A stretch of DNA of 64,000 bases. Origin: an uncultured bacterium. GTDB lineage: Bacteria > Acidobacteriota > Vicinamibacteria > Vicinamibacterales > UBA8438. Each line of letters begins with the position of its first letter. Positions within the stretch are counted from its first letter, which is position 1. The notes beneath the pieces are model-generated. The model was not told the origin of the DNA. It was given only the letters and a program-made list of their open reading frames with translations, and searched no databases. Positions 10,872 to 20,898 of this stretch are shown here, piece after piece. The DNA lies in the NCBI GenBank assembly GCA_963934795.1, contig CAWWAF010000005.1:5112-69111 (forward strand), in the 5' to 3' direction. Both the position numbers and the translations under genes were made by a program.

Positions 10872-11711
10872 CTAGCCGAAACGGCCAGTGACATAGTCTT
10901 CCGTTAGTTTCGCCGTCGGAGCAGTGAACATTCGGCTCGTCAGATCGAATTCAATAAGCTTCCCCAACCAGAAGAACGCGGTCCTGTCCGAGACACGGGC
11001 CGCCTGTTGCATATTGTGCGTCACGATAACGACCGTGTAGTTGGCCTTGAGCTGAAACACCAGCTCCTCGATGTGCTGGGTGGCGATCGGATCGAGCGCC
11101 GACGCCGGCTCGTCCATCAGCAGCACCTCTGGCTTCACCGCCAACGCGCGCGCGATACAGAGCCGCTGCTGCTGCCCGCCCGACAGAGTCAGTGCCGACG
11201 CAGACAACCGGTCCTTCACCTCGCCCCACAGCGCCGCCGCCCGCAAGCTGACCTCTACCCTGTCCGCCAGGTCCATAGTGGAGGCGGCCAGGCCATTGAT
11301 CCGGAGGCCATACGCTACATTCTCGAAGATCGACTTGGGGAACGGGTTCGATTTCTGAAACACCATCCCGACGCGCTGCCGCAGGGTCACCGGGTCGGTC
11401 GAGGCCCCGTAGATATCCTCCCCGTCGATCAGCACCGTGCCGGTCACGCGCGCCCCAGGGATGATGTCGTTCATCCGGTTGAGCGTCCGCAGAAACGTGC
11501 TTTTGCCGCAGCCGGAGGGCCCGATGAACGCGGTGACCTGCTTCTCAGGAATCTGAATGGACACGTCCTTGAGCGCCTGCGTGTCACCGTAGTAGAAACT
11601 GAGGCCGCGCACCTCCACCTTGGTGGGCGTCTCTATCGTGCCGCGCTCGCTGGCCAGTGAGGCCACGGCGGCCAGTGACGGGATCGCAGTGTGGGAATCG
11701 ACAGTGGTCAT
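10872..11711 (-). CDS. pstB: Phosphate ABC transporter ATPase
   Basis: [52 protein letters not shown]. Confidence 0.97.
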   Translation of the reverse strand: MTTVDSHTAIPSLAAVASLASERGTIETPTKVEVRGLSFYYGDTQALKDVSIQIPEKQVTAFIGPSGCGKSTFLRTLNRMNDIIPGARVTGTVLIDGEDIYGASTDPVTLRQRVGMVFQKSNPFPKSIFENVAYGLRINGLAASTMDLADRVEVSLRAAALWGEVKDRLSASALTLSGGQQQRLCIARALAVKPEVLLMDEPASALDPIATQHIEELVFQLKANYTVVIVTHNMQQAARVSDRTAFFWLGKLIEFDLTSRMFTAPTAKLTEDYVTGRFG

Positions 11712-11733
11712 AGCGTTCGCCGAAATGACGGCG

Positions 11734-12579
11734 TCAATGCTGATACCGATCCCGCAGCCACGCCGCGAAACCGTTCATGACCAGCAGCAACGCCAGAAGC
11801 ACAATGATACCGGCTGCCGCATTCGCCAGGAACGCTTCCTGGGGTCGCGACACCCAGTTGAAGACTTGGATCGGCAACACGGTGAACGGGGACCAGATGC
11901 CGTCAGGCGCAAACGGCACGTAGGTCAATGCACCGATAGTGATCAACGGAGCAGTCTCGCCGATGGTCCTCGAGAGCGCGAGGATCATCCCCGTAAGAAT
12001 GCCAGGCAGCGCCACCGGCAGCACCTGATGCCAGATCGTCTGCCACTTCGTGGCCCCCAACGCGTACGACGCCTCGCGCAGAGCCGGCGACACCGCGCGC
12101 AGCGCCTCGCGCGACGACAGAATGACCACCGGCAGGGCGAGTAGTGCCAACGTGGCGGCTCCGGCGATCACACTGCGCCCGAGCGCCAGGGTTCGGACGA
12201 ACAGCCCGAGGCCCAGTAGTCCGTAGATGACAGACGGCACACCGGCCAGGTTCGCGATGTTGATCTCAACGATGCGAGACCAGCGTCCACGCCCGCCGTA
12301 CTCTTCCAGGTAGATCGCGGCTCCGATGCCCACGGGGACCGCCAGCATGGCAGTCAGGGCAAGCACCCACAGAGTCCCCATGAGGGCAGCGTAGATGCCG
12401 GCGTTCTCCGCCCGCCGGGATGGAAAACTGGTTACGAAACCCCAAGAGATTCGCCCAAAACCGTCGCTGAAGATATCAAACAGGAGCGCGGCAAGCACCC
12501 CAAGGCCGAGCAGGGTCGCTCCGAGCCCGGCACCGTGCAGCGCGAGATCCAGCCAGTGGTTGCGTTGACGACGCGTCAC
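11734..12579 (-). CDS. pstA: Phosphate ABC transporter permease PstA
   Basis: [41 protein letters not shown]. Confidence 0.95.
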   Translation of the reverse strand: MTRRQRNHWLDLALHGAGLGATLLGLGVLAALLFDIFSDGFGRISWGFVTSFPSRRAENAGIYAALMGTLWVLALTAMLAVPVGIGAAIYLEEYGGRGRWSRIVEINIANLAGVPSVIYGLLGLGLFVRTLALGRSVIAGAATLALLALPVVILSSREALRAVSPALREASYALGATKWQTIWHQVLPVALPGILTGMILALSRTIGETAPLITIGALTYVPFAPDGIWSPFTVLPIQVFNWVSRPQEAFLANAAAGIIVLLALLLVMNGFAAWLRDRYQH

Positions 12580-13466
12580 GCGTACTCCTCCCGAAAGCGC
12601 TCTCGGAGCCAGTTGCTGGCGAGATTCAACAGAAACGTGCTGACGAACAGCAGCATCCCGACCGCGAAGATCGTCCGATACGCGAGGGTCCCGGCCGGGG
12701 TGTCCCCCAGACTCACCTGCACGATGTAGGCGGTCATCGTTTCCACCGGCACGAGTGGATTGGCGGTGAGCCGCGGCTGCTGGCCGGCAGCAATGGTCAC
12801 GATCATGGTTTCGCCGATTGCCCGCGATGCGGCCAGGATGCCCGCGGCCGAGATACCTGAAAGGGCGGCCGGCAGCACGACGCGGGTCGTGGTCTGCATC
12901 TTGGTCGCGCCGAGCGCGTACGCCGCTTCGCGCAGCCCGCGTGGCACACCGTGGAGCGCATCTTCAGAGAGCGACGACACCATCGGGAGGATCATGATTC
13001 CCATGACCAGCCCGGGACTCAACGCGTTGAATCCAGACAACCCGGGAATCACCTGCTGGAGCAAGGGCGTGACGAACAGCAAGGCGAAGTAGCCGTAGAC
13101 GACCGTCGGTACGCCAGCCAGCACCTCAAGCACCGGTTTGACGATACGACGCACTTTCGCCGGTGCGTATTCGCTGAGATATACCGCCGCCAGTAGCCCG
13201 GCCGGCACCGCGACCGCCATCGCAATCGCGGACACCAGCAGGGTGCCGGCCACCAACGGCAGGACGCCGAACGACTTCTGGAAGAACAGAGGGGTCCAGA
13301 CGGTGCCGAAGAGAAATTCGAACGGGGAGACCTCCCGGAAGAACTGGAAGGTCTCGACCGCGAGCACCGACAGAATGCCGAGCGTGACCAGAATCGACAC
13401 GCCGGCGCAGGCGCGTAGCGCCCACTCGACGACCTGTTCGAGGAGGTCACGCCGTCTTCTCGACAT
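12576..13466 (-). CDS. pstC: Phosphate ABC transporter permease PstC
   Basis: [39 protein letters not shown]. Confidence 0.95.
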   Translation of the reverse strand: MSRRRRDLLEQVVEWALRACAGVSILVTLGILSVLAVETFQFFREVSPFEFLFGTVWTPLFFQKSFGVLPLVAGTLLVSAIAMAVAVPAGLLAAVYLSEYAPAKVRRIVKPVLEVLAGVPTVVYGYFALLFVTPLLQQVIPGLSGFNALSPGLVMGIMILPMVSSLSEDALHGVPRGLREAAYALGATKMQTTTRVVLPAALSGISAAGILAASRAIGETMIVTIAAGQQPRLTANPLVPVETMTAYIVQVSLGDTPAGTLAYRTIFAVGMLLFVSTFLLNLASNWLRERFREEYA

Positions 13467-13468
13467 GG

Positions 13469-14524
13469 TCAGTGGCCACCCAGCAACGCCGTGAGCGATG
13501 CTGTCTTGTCTCCGTGTCCGAACATCGTCCCGGTGGCGCGATCATCGACCCGGCGCTGCACCAGCGCGTACTCGGCGTCACTCAACGGCACGTAGCCCAC
13601 CTCTCGCACGAGCGAGGCCCCGTCTGACAGAAAAAAATTCACAAACCCGCTCACCTCGGCCCGCTCCAATGCATCCGGATTGACATAAATGAAGATGGGG
13701 CGAGACAGTGGCTGATAGGTCCCCTCACGCACGGAGTCCGGCGACGGCGCAACGGCGCCAGCGCCGTTGGTCTCATCACCGTCGTCGACCGACAGCAGCT
13801 TCAATTTTCCGCGGTTGGCTTCGTAGTACGCGTAGCCGAAGAAGCCGAGCGCCAACGGATCGGTTGCCACTCCTTGCACCAACACGTTGTCGTCCTCGCT
13901 CGACGTGAAGTCACCGCGGCTGGCACTCTCTTGTCCGACGATCGCCTGCGTGAAGTAGTCGAACGTTCCTGAGTCGACGCCGGGACCAAACAGATGGAGT
14001 TCACTGTCTGGCCAGTCCGGTCGCACCTGATTCCAGGAGGTCACCGTTCCCTGCGCGGCCGGGTTCCACATCCGCTCGAGGTCGTCAGGGGTCAGCGTGC
14101 TGACCCAATCGTTGTCCGGGTGCACGACGACGGAGATCCCATCGTAGGCAATCGGCAACTCGACAAACTCAATTCCGGCCGCCGCACATGCGTCGATTTC
14201 GACGGCCTTGATCGGACGTGACCCATTCGAGATGTCGGTCTCACCGGCGCAGAATTTCTTGAAGCCACCACCGGTCCCAGAGACCCCCACCGTGACCCGT
14301 GCCGCCGCGTCGACCAGCTGGAATTCCTCAGCCACCGCCTCCGCGATCGGAAACACAGTGCTAGAGCCATCGACGGTAATGACGGCCGTGCTCGTGGCGT
14401 CGCCCGCACCCGCCGCGCCTCCACATCCGATGGTGCCGAGCAGGACGGCCGACACACTGGCGCACTGCATTCTGCGACGTGCCCGCTTCCCTGCCCGAAC
14501 GAGGCAACGGTCTGTCTTTGACAT
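13469..14524 (-). CDS. pstS: Phosphate-binding lipoprotein PstS
   Basis: [39 protein letters not shown]; lipobox-like LLGTIGC; start moved to ATG 14524 because the upstream ATG (14554) lies inside the Pho box. Confidence 0.93.
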   Translation of the reverse strand: MSKTDRCLVRAGKRARRRMQCASVSAVLLGTIGCGGAAGAGDATSTAVITVDGSSTVFPIAEAVAEEFQLVDAAARVTVGVSGTGGGFKKFCAGETDISNGSRPIKAVEIDACAAAGIEFVELPIAYDGISVVVHPDNDWVSTLTPDDLERMWNPAAQGTVTSWNQVRPDWPDSELHLFGPGVDSGTFDYFTQAIVGQESASRGDFTSSEDDNVLVQGVATDPLALGFFGYAYYEANRGKLKLLSVDDGDETNGAGAVAPSPDSVREGTYQPLSRPIFIYVNPDALERAEVSGFVNFFLSDGASLVREVGYVPLSDAEYALVQRRVDDRATGTMFGHGDKTASLTALLGGH

Positions 14525-14531
14525 ACTGATC

Positions 14532-14587
14532 ACAGTAGCCTCAGACAGTTTCATGGTTGTTACGGGACTGTTAAATCTACGTTACAG
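14532..14587 (-). promoter_or_regulatory. Putative Pho box (four 11-bp-periodic repeats) plus -10 element of pstS
   Basis: Minus strand reads ctGTAACgtag atTTAACagtc ccGTAACaacc atGAAAC, then 10 nt, then TACTGT; 11-bp direct-repeat spacing is typical of OmpR/PhoB sites. Confidence 0.75.
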
Positions 14588-14656
14588 ATGCGAAGTCGCT
14601 CCGTTGTGGGCCGACACCCCGCTTCTCGTACCGAACGGTAGGCTATAGTTCCAAAC

Positions 14657-16108
14657 ATGGCTGAGCGGCGGGATTTCCGACAAACCAAGATCATCTGCAC
14701 GCTCGGTCCGTCGAGCGACTCGGTCGACACGATCCGCGACCTCGCCAGGGCTGGGATGAACGTGGCGCGGCTGAACATGTCCCACGGGGACCATGACAGC
14801 CACCTGCGGACCATTCGTCACATAGACGACCTGCGCCACGAATTGAATCATCCGGTCGCGGTGCTGCTCGACCTACAGGGACCGGCTATCCGCACCGGGG
14901 AGCGACGAGGGAACCTCGAGCTTGCCGTCGGAGAAGAGTTCTCAGTCAGCGTCGCGCCGTCGGAGAATCCGGAGGAAAAGAGCATTCATGTCGACTACGA
15001 AGACATGGTGCACCAGTTGCACGCGGGAGATCGCATCACCGTCGACAACGGCTTGATCAACCTTGAGGTGTTGGAAGTGCGGGCTCGCGATCTCCGGTGC
15101 CGCGTCCTCGATGGGGGCACGCTGGGCTCTCGCAAGCACATCAACCTTCCGGGGATCCGGGTCAACCTGCCGTCGATCTCTGAGCAAGACAAGGCCGACA
15201 TACGTTTCGGCATCAGGCACAACGTCGACTTTCTCGCGGTGTCGTTCGTCCGCAGCGCGGAGGCTCTGCGAGAGGCGCGCCGGGTGATCGTGGACGCGGG
15301 GGGACACCACGCCAGATTGATCGCGAAGATCGAAAACCAGGAGGGTATCGACAACCTGGACGAGATCATCGCCGAGGCCGACGGCATCATGGTGGCCCGC
15401 GGCGATCTGGGCGTGGAAGTCCCGTTCGCTGAACTGCCGGTCGCCCAGCGGAACATGGTGCGTAAGTGCGCCGTCGCGGGCAAACCAGTCATTGTGGCCA
15501 CGCATCTGCTCGAGTCGATGATCGAGCACCCGATGCCCACTCGTGCGGAGGTTGGTGACGTCGCCAACGCGGTCCTCGAGGAAGTCGACGCGGTGATGCT
15601 GAGCGGAGAGACCGCGACCGGCAAACATCCTGTGCGATGCGTAGAGGTCCTGGGTCAGATCGCCCGTCGTTCCGAGAAAGAGGAGGGTCTCGGCTTTCAC
15701 GCCTTGCGGGACCCCACAACTGTGCGTCAACAACTGGCCCGCAGCGCGTGTCGTCTGGCCGACTCGCTCGCCTCGCCGGCCATCGTCGTCATCACCAGAA
15801 CCGGACGACTCGGCCGGCTCGTGAGCGGCTTCCGCCCCAAGAGCGCGATCATCTACGCGTTCACCAACGTCGCCGCCGTCGAGCGCGCGCTGTGGTTGTA
15901 CCGATCGGTGGTGCCGTTCGAGATGGAACGGTCTGACGAGCCTGAGCAGAGGGTGGTCGATGCCTTCGAGCGACTACAGCACCACAATCGGCTCGTGCCA
16001 GGAGACCCCATTGTCGTGATCTCCGACATCGCCACGAGTCACGGCGACGTCACCGCGATTCAAGTGCGACACATCGACAGCGACCGACGCTGTCCTTCGA
16101 TGGCATAA
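14657..16108 (+). CDS. pyk: Pyruvate kinase
   Basis: TKIICTLGP, ARLNMSHG, IAKIEN, DGIMVARGDLGVE, PTRAEVGDVANA, MLSGETA. Confidence 0.97.
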   Translation: MAERRDFRQTKIICTLGPSSDSVDTIRDLARAGMNVARLNMSHGDHDSHLRTIRHIDDLRHELNHPVAVLLDLQGPAIRTGERRGNLELAVGEEFSVSVAPSENPEEKSIHVDYEDMVHQLHAGDRITVDNGLINLEVLEVRARDLRCRVLDGGTLGSRKHINLPGIRVNLPSISEQDKADIRFGIRHNVDFLAVSFVRSAEALREARRVIVDAGGHHARLIAKIENQEGIDNLDEIIAEADGIMVARGDLGVEVPFAELPVAQRNMVRKCAVAGKPVIVATHLLESMIEHPMPTRAEVGDVANAVLEEVDAVMLSGETATGKHPVRCVEVLGQIARRSEKEEGLGFHALRDPTTVRQQLARSACRLADSLASPAIVVITRTGRLGRLVSGFRPKSAIIYAFTNVAAVERALWLYRSVVPFEMERSDEPEQRVVDAFERLQHHNRLVPGDPIVVISDIATSHGDVTAIQVRHIDSDRRCPSMA

Positions 16109-16141
16109 CCAGGCAGCTTACCTAACAGTTGGGGTGCGACC

Positions 16142-17113
16142 ATGCGCGGTTCAGCGGCGGCATCGAGCTCGACTCGAATGGCAAGGCGTCGGTCGGCGGC
16201 GATGACGGTTCACATCGCCGTGTGGGGTCTGCTGGCGGCCTGCGCGTCGCCGTCTGGCGCACAGACCGCGGACAGGCCTCGTACGGCCTGGAACACGCCT
16301 GACTTCAGTGGATATTGGGAATATCGCAGCAGCACGCCTTTGCAGCGCCCGGAGACGCTTGCAGACAAGGCGGTGTTGACGCCCGCCGAAGCGGCGGCCT
16401 ACCTGCCTCAGCGACTGACCGACATTGGGGCTGAGCGTGACCTGCAGCTGAACGCCGACTGGTGGGAACCAGGAGGACTGACAGACGATCGGACGTCGAT
16501 GATCGTCGACCCACCAAACGGCCGGCTGCCCACGATGACGGCCGACGCGCGGCACCGCGACCGGACGATTGGTCTGCGGTCACGGTCGCGGCCCGCTGAC
16601 GGACCAGAAGACCGAGAACGCTACGAGCGCTGCATCATGGGCCGCACCGTTCCGCTCATGGCGGTCGCTCCGAACCGGCTCGCACAATTTTTCCAGACCC
16701 CCGACCACCTGGTCATCCTGCACGAACAGAACTGGGACACACGGATTATTCGGATTTCTGACGGGCCCCATCCAGCGGATTATGTCCGCCAGTGGCAAGG
16801 AGACTCATACGCGCACTGGGACGGCGATACGCTGATCATTCAGTCCGCGAACTTCAACGGCGCATGGACGCTGAACGGCACCGGGCCAGACATGCGTGTG
16901 GAGGAGCGAATCGCCATCGGGCACAACGGCACGCTCGACTATCGGTTCACCGTCGACGACCCGGCGTCGTTCGCCGCGCGGTGGACGGTCGGGTTTCCGA
17001 TCACCCCCGCCCGTGGCCCGCTGTTTGAGAACGCCTGCCACGAAGGCAACTACAGCATGCCCTTGATCCTGAGCGGGGCCCGGGCCGAGGAGCGGCGCGA
17101 CTCGGCCCGCTAG
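16142..17113 (+). CDS. Secreted hypothetical protein, 'RC...ACHEGN' family (paralog 1)
   Basis: Signal-like N-terminus; PDFSGYW, DPPNGRLP, ERC, WQGDSYAHWDGDTL, ENACHEGNY shared with three other ORFs in the window. Confidence 0.8.
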   Translation: MRGSAAASSSTRMARRRSAAMTVHIAVWGLLAACASPSGAQTADRPRTAWNTPDFSGYWEYRSSTPLQRPETLADKAVLTPAEAAAYLPQRLTDIGAERDLQLNADWWEPGGLTDDRTSMIVDPPNGRLPTMTADARHRDRTIGLRSRSRPADGPEDRERYERCIMGRTVPLMAVAPNRLAQFFQTPDHLVILHEQNWDTRIIRISDGPHPADYVRQWQGDSYAHWDGDTLIIQSANFNGAWTLNGTGPDMRVEERIAIGHNGTLDYRFTVDDPASFAARWTVGFPITPARGPLFENACHEGNYSMPLILSGARAEERRDSAR

Positions 17114-17146
17114 CTGCCCGACGGGAATACCAATCGCGCCGGGGCC

Positions 17147-18001
17147 TCAGTCGAGGGGCCGTGCCACGTAGTCGTGCTTGAAGACCTGGCTCACGGAATA
17201 ATTGAGCGCCTCCAGCTTTCCCCGGGTGACCGCGATTCTCTCCAAGACATCGGGTGACGCGGTCTCGAGGTCTGTCCCCCCCATGATCTCGATGAGAATC
17301 ACCGGTCGGTTACGGCGAATGGTGTCCACCGCCCCGTCAAGCACCTCGTTCTCATAGGTCTCCACGTCGATCTTGAGCAGAGACACCCGCTCAAAATGGA
17401 AGCTGTCGAGCGACCGGAGTTCCGCTGCATCGCCACCGGCACCAACGCCAGTCCCACCCTCGTTACCGGGCGTCGTGGGGTTCATTTCAATGACCCGCGT
17501 GGCACCCGAACCGATGGCCATGCGCATCGCCACAACATTCGTCAGGCCGTTGAGCGCCAGGTTGTGGTGCAACTCCCGATAGATCTTCCGCTGCGGCTCG
17601 AATGCGTAGACGCGACCCCAGGGACCAGCCAGCTGCCCGATCCGCACGGTGTGGGTTCCGATGTGCGCCCCCACTTCGACGACGACTGAGCCGGGGACAA
17701 TGTGCTCTGCGAGGAGATCGAACGAGTGCCGCTCCCACTTGTCGCCCGCGACGATGACCTGCTTGATCATGTCCGCCGGATCGTCGACAAAGAAGCTGCC
17801 GACGTCGGGAACGTCGTACCGCTGGTAGTCAGCGAGGGGAAACGCGTTGAGGTAGCGACGGATTTCTTCGCGATCGTCAAGGAGCGCAGGCGACACCGAG
17901 ACGAGCGGTATCGGCTCGTATGGGGGCGGTGGCGCGTCGCAGGCGGCGACCAGCACCGCGATCACGGGCAGTGGCATCCATCCAGACGTTGAAATCTTCA
18001 T
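17147..18001 (-). CDS. FkbM family methyltransferase with lipoprotein-like signal peptide
   Basis: VEVGAHIGTHT, AFEPQ, LLKIDVETYE, RNRPVILIE; N-terminus VIAVLVAA-C. Confidence 0.85.
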   Translation of the reverse strand: MKISTSGWMPLPVIAVLVAACDAPPPPYEPIPLVSVSPALLDDREEIRRYLNAFPLADYQRYDVPDVGSFFVDDPADMIKQVIVAGDKWERHSFDLLAEHIVPGSVVVEVGAHIGTHTVRIGQLAGPWGRVYAFEPQRKIYRELHHNLALNGLTNVVAMRMAIGSGATRVIEMNPTTPGNEGGTGVGAGGDAAELRSLDSFHFERVSLLKIDVETYENEVLDGAVDTIRRNRPVILIEIMGGTDLETASPDVLERIAVTRGKLEALNYSVSQVFKHDYVARPLD

Positions 18002-18020
18002 CGCGTGCGCGCGCGAGCCG

Positions 18021-20063
18021 TCAGTCGGGCAGCCCGAGTGCGATCAATCCGGGCGGGTCTCCGCCGACCGTCATCCCGATGTACTGCTTGCCATCGAGTA
18101 GGTAGGTCATCGGGTTGCTGACCCCCGCGCCGGGTAAATCGAGCGACCCCAGCTCCTCGCCCGTCGCCTTGTCGTAGGCCACGAGCTGCGGTCCGTCGTT
18201 GGTGCCTCCGGCGGTCAAGCTGTAGAGCAGCAGCGTCTTGGTGACCAGCGGGCCATTGCGCGTCGCATCGCCGCCCAGCGGCGGCAGATCAAGATCGCGC
18301 AACAGCGGATTCCGCCGAAAGCGGTTACCGTCGCCGGTGGGCACCATCCACACGTGCTCCCCGGTGTTCATGTCGATGGCCGTCATCCGCGAGTATGGGG
18401 GCTTGACCAGCGGCAGTCCACGAGCCATGGTCGGCCGCGCCCCTCGACGGTTCTGCACGTAGGCGAGTGTCGACTCGTCCTCTGGCACCGTCTTCCGCAA
18501 CGGCATGACACTCCAGGCGTTGTGCGACGGAATGTAGATGATGCCGGTCTCCGGATCGACCGAACCGCCCCCCCAGTTGCCACCACCGGCCGCGCTCGGA
18601 CGAAACAGCGTGCCAGCGTTGCTGTGCGGCGTGTAGAGCGGGCCCAAACGAAACTCCGACACGGCGTCCATCGCCATCTGTCGTATCTCTGGGGTGAAGT
18701 CGATGAGGTCGTCCACGGTCAGTCCTTGATACTCGAACGGCGCAGGCTTCGTGGGAAATGGCTGCGTCCGTGACGGCAACTCGCCCTCGATGTCTGTGTC
18801 GGTCTCGACCGCCCGTTCTTCGATGGGCCAGAGCGGCTCGCCAGTCACCCGATCGAAAGCAAAGACGAATCCTTGCTTCGTCACCTGCACGACCGCCTTG
18901 ACCTGGCGCCCCTCAATCGTGAGGTCCATGAGGTTAGGGGCCGCCGGCAGGTCGTAGTCCCACAACCCGTGGTGCAGAATCTGGAAGTGCCAGACCCGTT
19001 CACCGGTTTCGACATCGAGCGCCACCAGGCTCTCGGCGAACAGGTTGTCGCCTGGCCGATGACCGCCGTAGTAGTCCGGCGCCGCCGTGTTCATCGGAAG
19101 ATAGAGGTACCCAAGCTCCTCATCGAAGCTCATCTGGGTCCAGACCCCGACCTTGCCGGTCTCGCGCCACGAATCGCCGCCCCAGGTGTCGTTACCAAAT
19201 TCGTCCCCCTGGGGAATCGTGTGAAAGACCCATTTCACGCCGCCGGTCTTCACGTCGAATCCACGCATCCATCCCGGAGGTGCTTCCTTGGTGTTGTTGT
19301 AGGACGAGATCGACGCCGGCGTGATGATGGTGTCGCGGACCACAAACGGTGGCGACTGCACTGAATACAGCAAGGCGTTCAGCCAGTCGCGGCGGCCACG
19401 GTCCGCGCGCGGAATACCCTCCATCAGGTCGACCCGGCCGCCTGTCCCGAAGTCGACGCAGGGCCGCCCAGTCGCGGCCATGACGCAGACAAGATATCCG
19501 TTCCCTGTCCCCCAGACGATTCGCGCATGCTCCGGTCCCTCCCGGTCCCAGTAGCCGACGCCCCGCTGGCTCCAGGTGAGACTCATGGTCGTCGTCCCCT
19601 CCTCGTAGCTCTTCGGGTTGTAGATCCAACGGGTCTCTCCGGTCCGGGCGTCGATGCCGGCGCCGATCGACAGGGGAGTATTCACGTACAGCATCCCGTC
19701 GGCCATGATCGGCGTCGGTTTGAAATTTCGATAGTGGGGCGCGTTGCTGTCGCGCCACCGGTTTGGATCCTCGGCATTCAGGGCGGTGACCACCTCTCTG
19801 ATGGGCGCGCTCCATTCCCCTCCACCCGGTGTCGTTGTACTGAGCATGCCGTCCGGCGACAGCCACCTCCACTTCACTTCCAGTTGTTCGAAGTTGTCGG
19901 CTGTAATCTGCGCGAGCGGGGAGTACTTGGTGCTTCCAAGGTCTCCGCCAAAGGTGCGCCACTCGCCGTCTGCCGGCGCACCCTGTTGGGCGCGAACGTT
20001 GCTAGCGGCAAGCAGGACAACGACGCCAACGAGAACGAGCCGAACCCTTTGCGATAGGCACAT
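18021..20063 (-). CDS. PQQ-dependent dehydrogenase, glucose-dehydrogenase-like, exported
   Basis: EWRTFGGDLGSTKYSPL, TPIMADG, HHGLWDYDLPAAP, KQGFVFAFDRVTGEP, PMTYLLDGKQY. Confidence 0.9.
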   Translation of the reverse strand: MCLSQRVRLVLVGVVVLLAASNVRAQQGAPADGEWRTFGGDLGSTKYSPLAQITADNFEQLEVKWRWLSPDGMLSTTTPGGGEWSAPIREVVTALNAEDPNRWRDSNAPHYRNFKPTPIMADGMLYVNTPLSIGAGIDARTGETRWIYNPKSYEEGTTTMSLTWSQRGVGYWDREGPEHARIVWGTGNGYLVCVMAATGRPCVDFGTGGRVDLMEGIPRADRGRRDWLNALLYSVQSPPFVVRDTIITPASISSYNNTKEAPPGWMRGFDVKTGGVKWVFHTIPQGDEFGNDTWGGDSWRETGKVGVWTQMSFDEELGYLYLPMNTAAPDYYGGHRPGDNLFAESLVALDVETGERVWHFQILHHGLWDYDLPAAPNLMDLTIEGRQVKAVVQVTKQGFVFAFDRVTGEPLWPIEERAVETDTDIEGELPSRTQPFPTKPAPFEYQGLTVDDLIDFTPEIRQMAMDAVSEFRLGPLYTPHSNAGTLFRPSAAGGGNWGGGSVDPETGIIYIPSHNAWSVMPLRKTVPEDESTLAYVQNRRGARPTMARGLPLVKPPYSRMTAIDMNTGEHVWMVPTGDGNRFRRNPLLRDLDLPPLGGDATRNGPLVTKTLLLYSLTAGGTNDGPQLVAYDKATGEELGSLDLPGAGVSNPMTYLLDGKQYIGMTVGGDPPGLIALGLPD

Positions 20064-20173
20064 GACCGGTGACTCCTCACGCGGCCGCCATCGGCCGTCG
20101 CCCGCATACTAGCAGGCTTGGGTTACGGCGGAGGGCGGCCCAAGCGTCCCTGCGCGTCCCTGGTTCTCCCTCG

Positions 20174-20878
20174 TTAACGCGAGACGCCTCCGTAGGCGAT
20201 GTCGGTGAGATGGGCCATGTCGCGGTCGAAGGTGGCCAGGTCGTCTCTACAGAACTCGCTGAGACGAGTGTGCCCACACGCACGAACCAACACCGTCATC
20301 AGCTCCTCGCTCGCGGACAAGAACTTGTGAAGTCGTTGTGCGGCCAGTTCCACCGGCAACCGCGCGCGCAGCTCAGGTTTCTGGGTCGCAATACCGACCG
20401 GGCAGTTATTCGACGAGCACGCCCGCATGCCGATGCACCCGATCGCCTGCATCGACAAATTGGACACCGCGACCGCATCCGCGCCGAGTGCCAGCGCCTT
20501 GGCGAAGTCGGTGTGGGTCCGCAGCCCGCCGGTGATCACGAGCGTGACGTTCCGGCGCCCGCGGGCGTCGAGATGACGCCGCGCCCGGGCCAGGGCGGGA
20601 ATGGTGGGCACGGAGATATGGTCCCGAAACACGACCGGCGCCGCACCGGTATCGCCGCCTCGACCGTCGAGCTGGAGACGCCTGTCTGAAACAGATAGTC
20701 CCACCCGTGCAACCCGCAGATGAAGTTGTCTCCGGAGACGGAACCGTCCGCCATCAGCGCGCCCCGATGCAAACAGCGCCCGTAGAGGACCGAGTGATTG
20801 TCGTCAAAGCGCACGATGACGAGGTCGGCGTTGCTGACTTGAGCGCCGACCATGTCGCGATCTTCACTTTCTCTGCAT
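20174..20878 (-). pseudogene. Decayed Rieske [2Fe-2S] plus FMN-binding glutamate-synthase-like fusion gene
   Basis: Rieske motifs CLHRGA...CGLHGWDY in one frame join at ~20672 to DGRGGDTGAAP...ITGGLR...KALALGADAV...C.GMRACSSNNCPVGIATQ in another frame; the middle of the FMN barrel is missing. Confidence 0.8.
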
Positions 20879-20898
20879 CGCTCTCTCTCCCTATTCGG

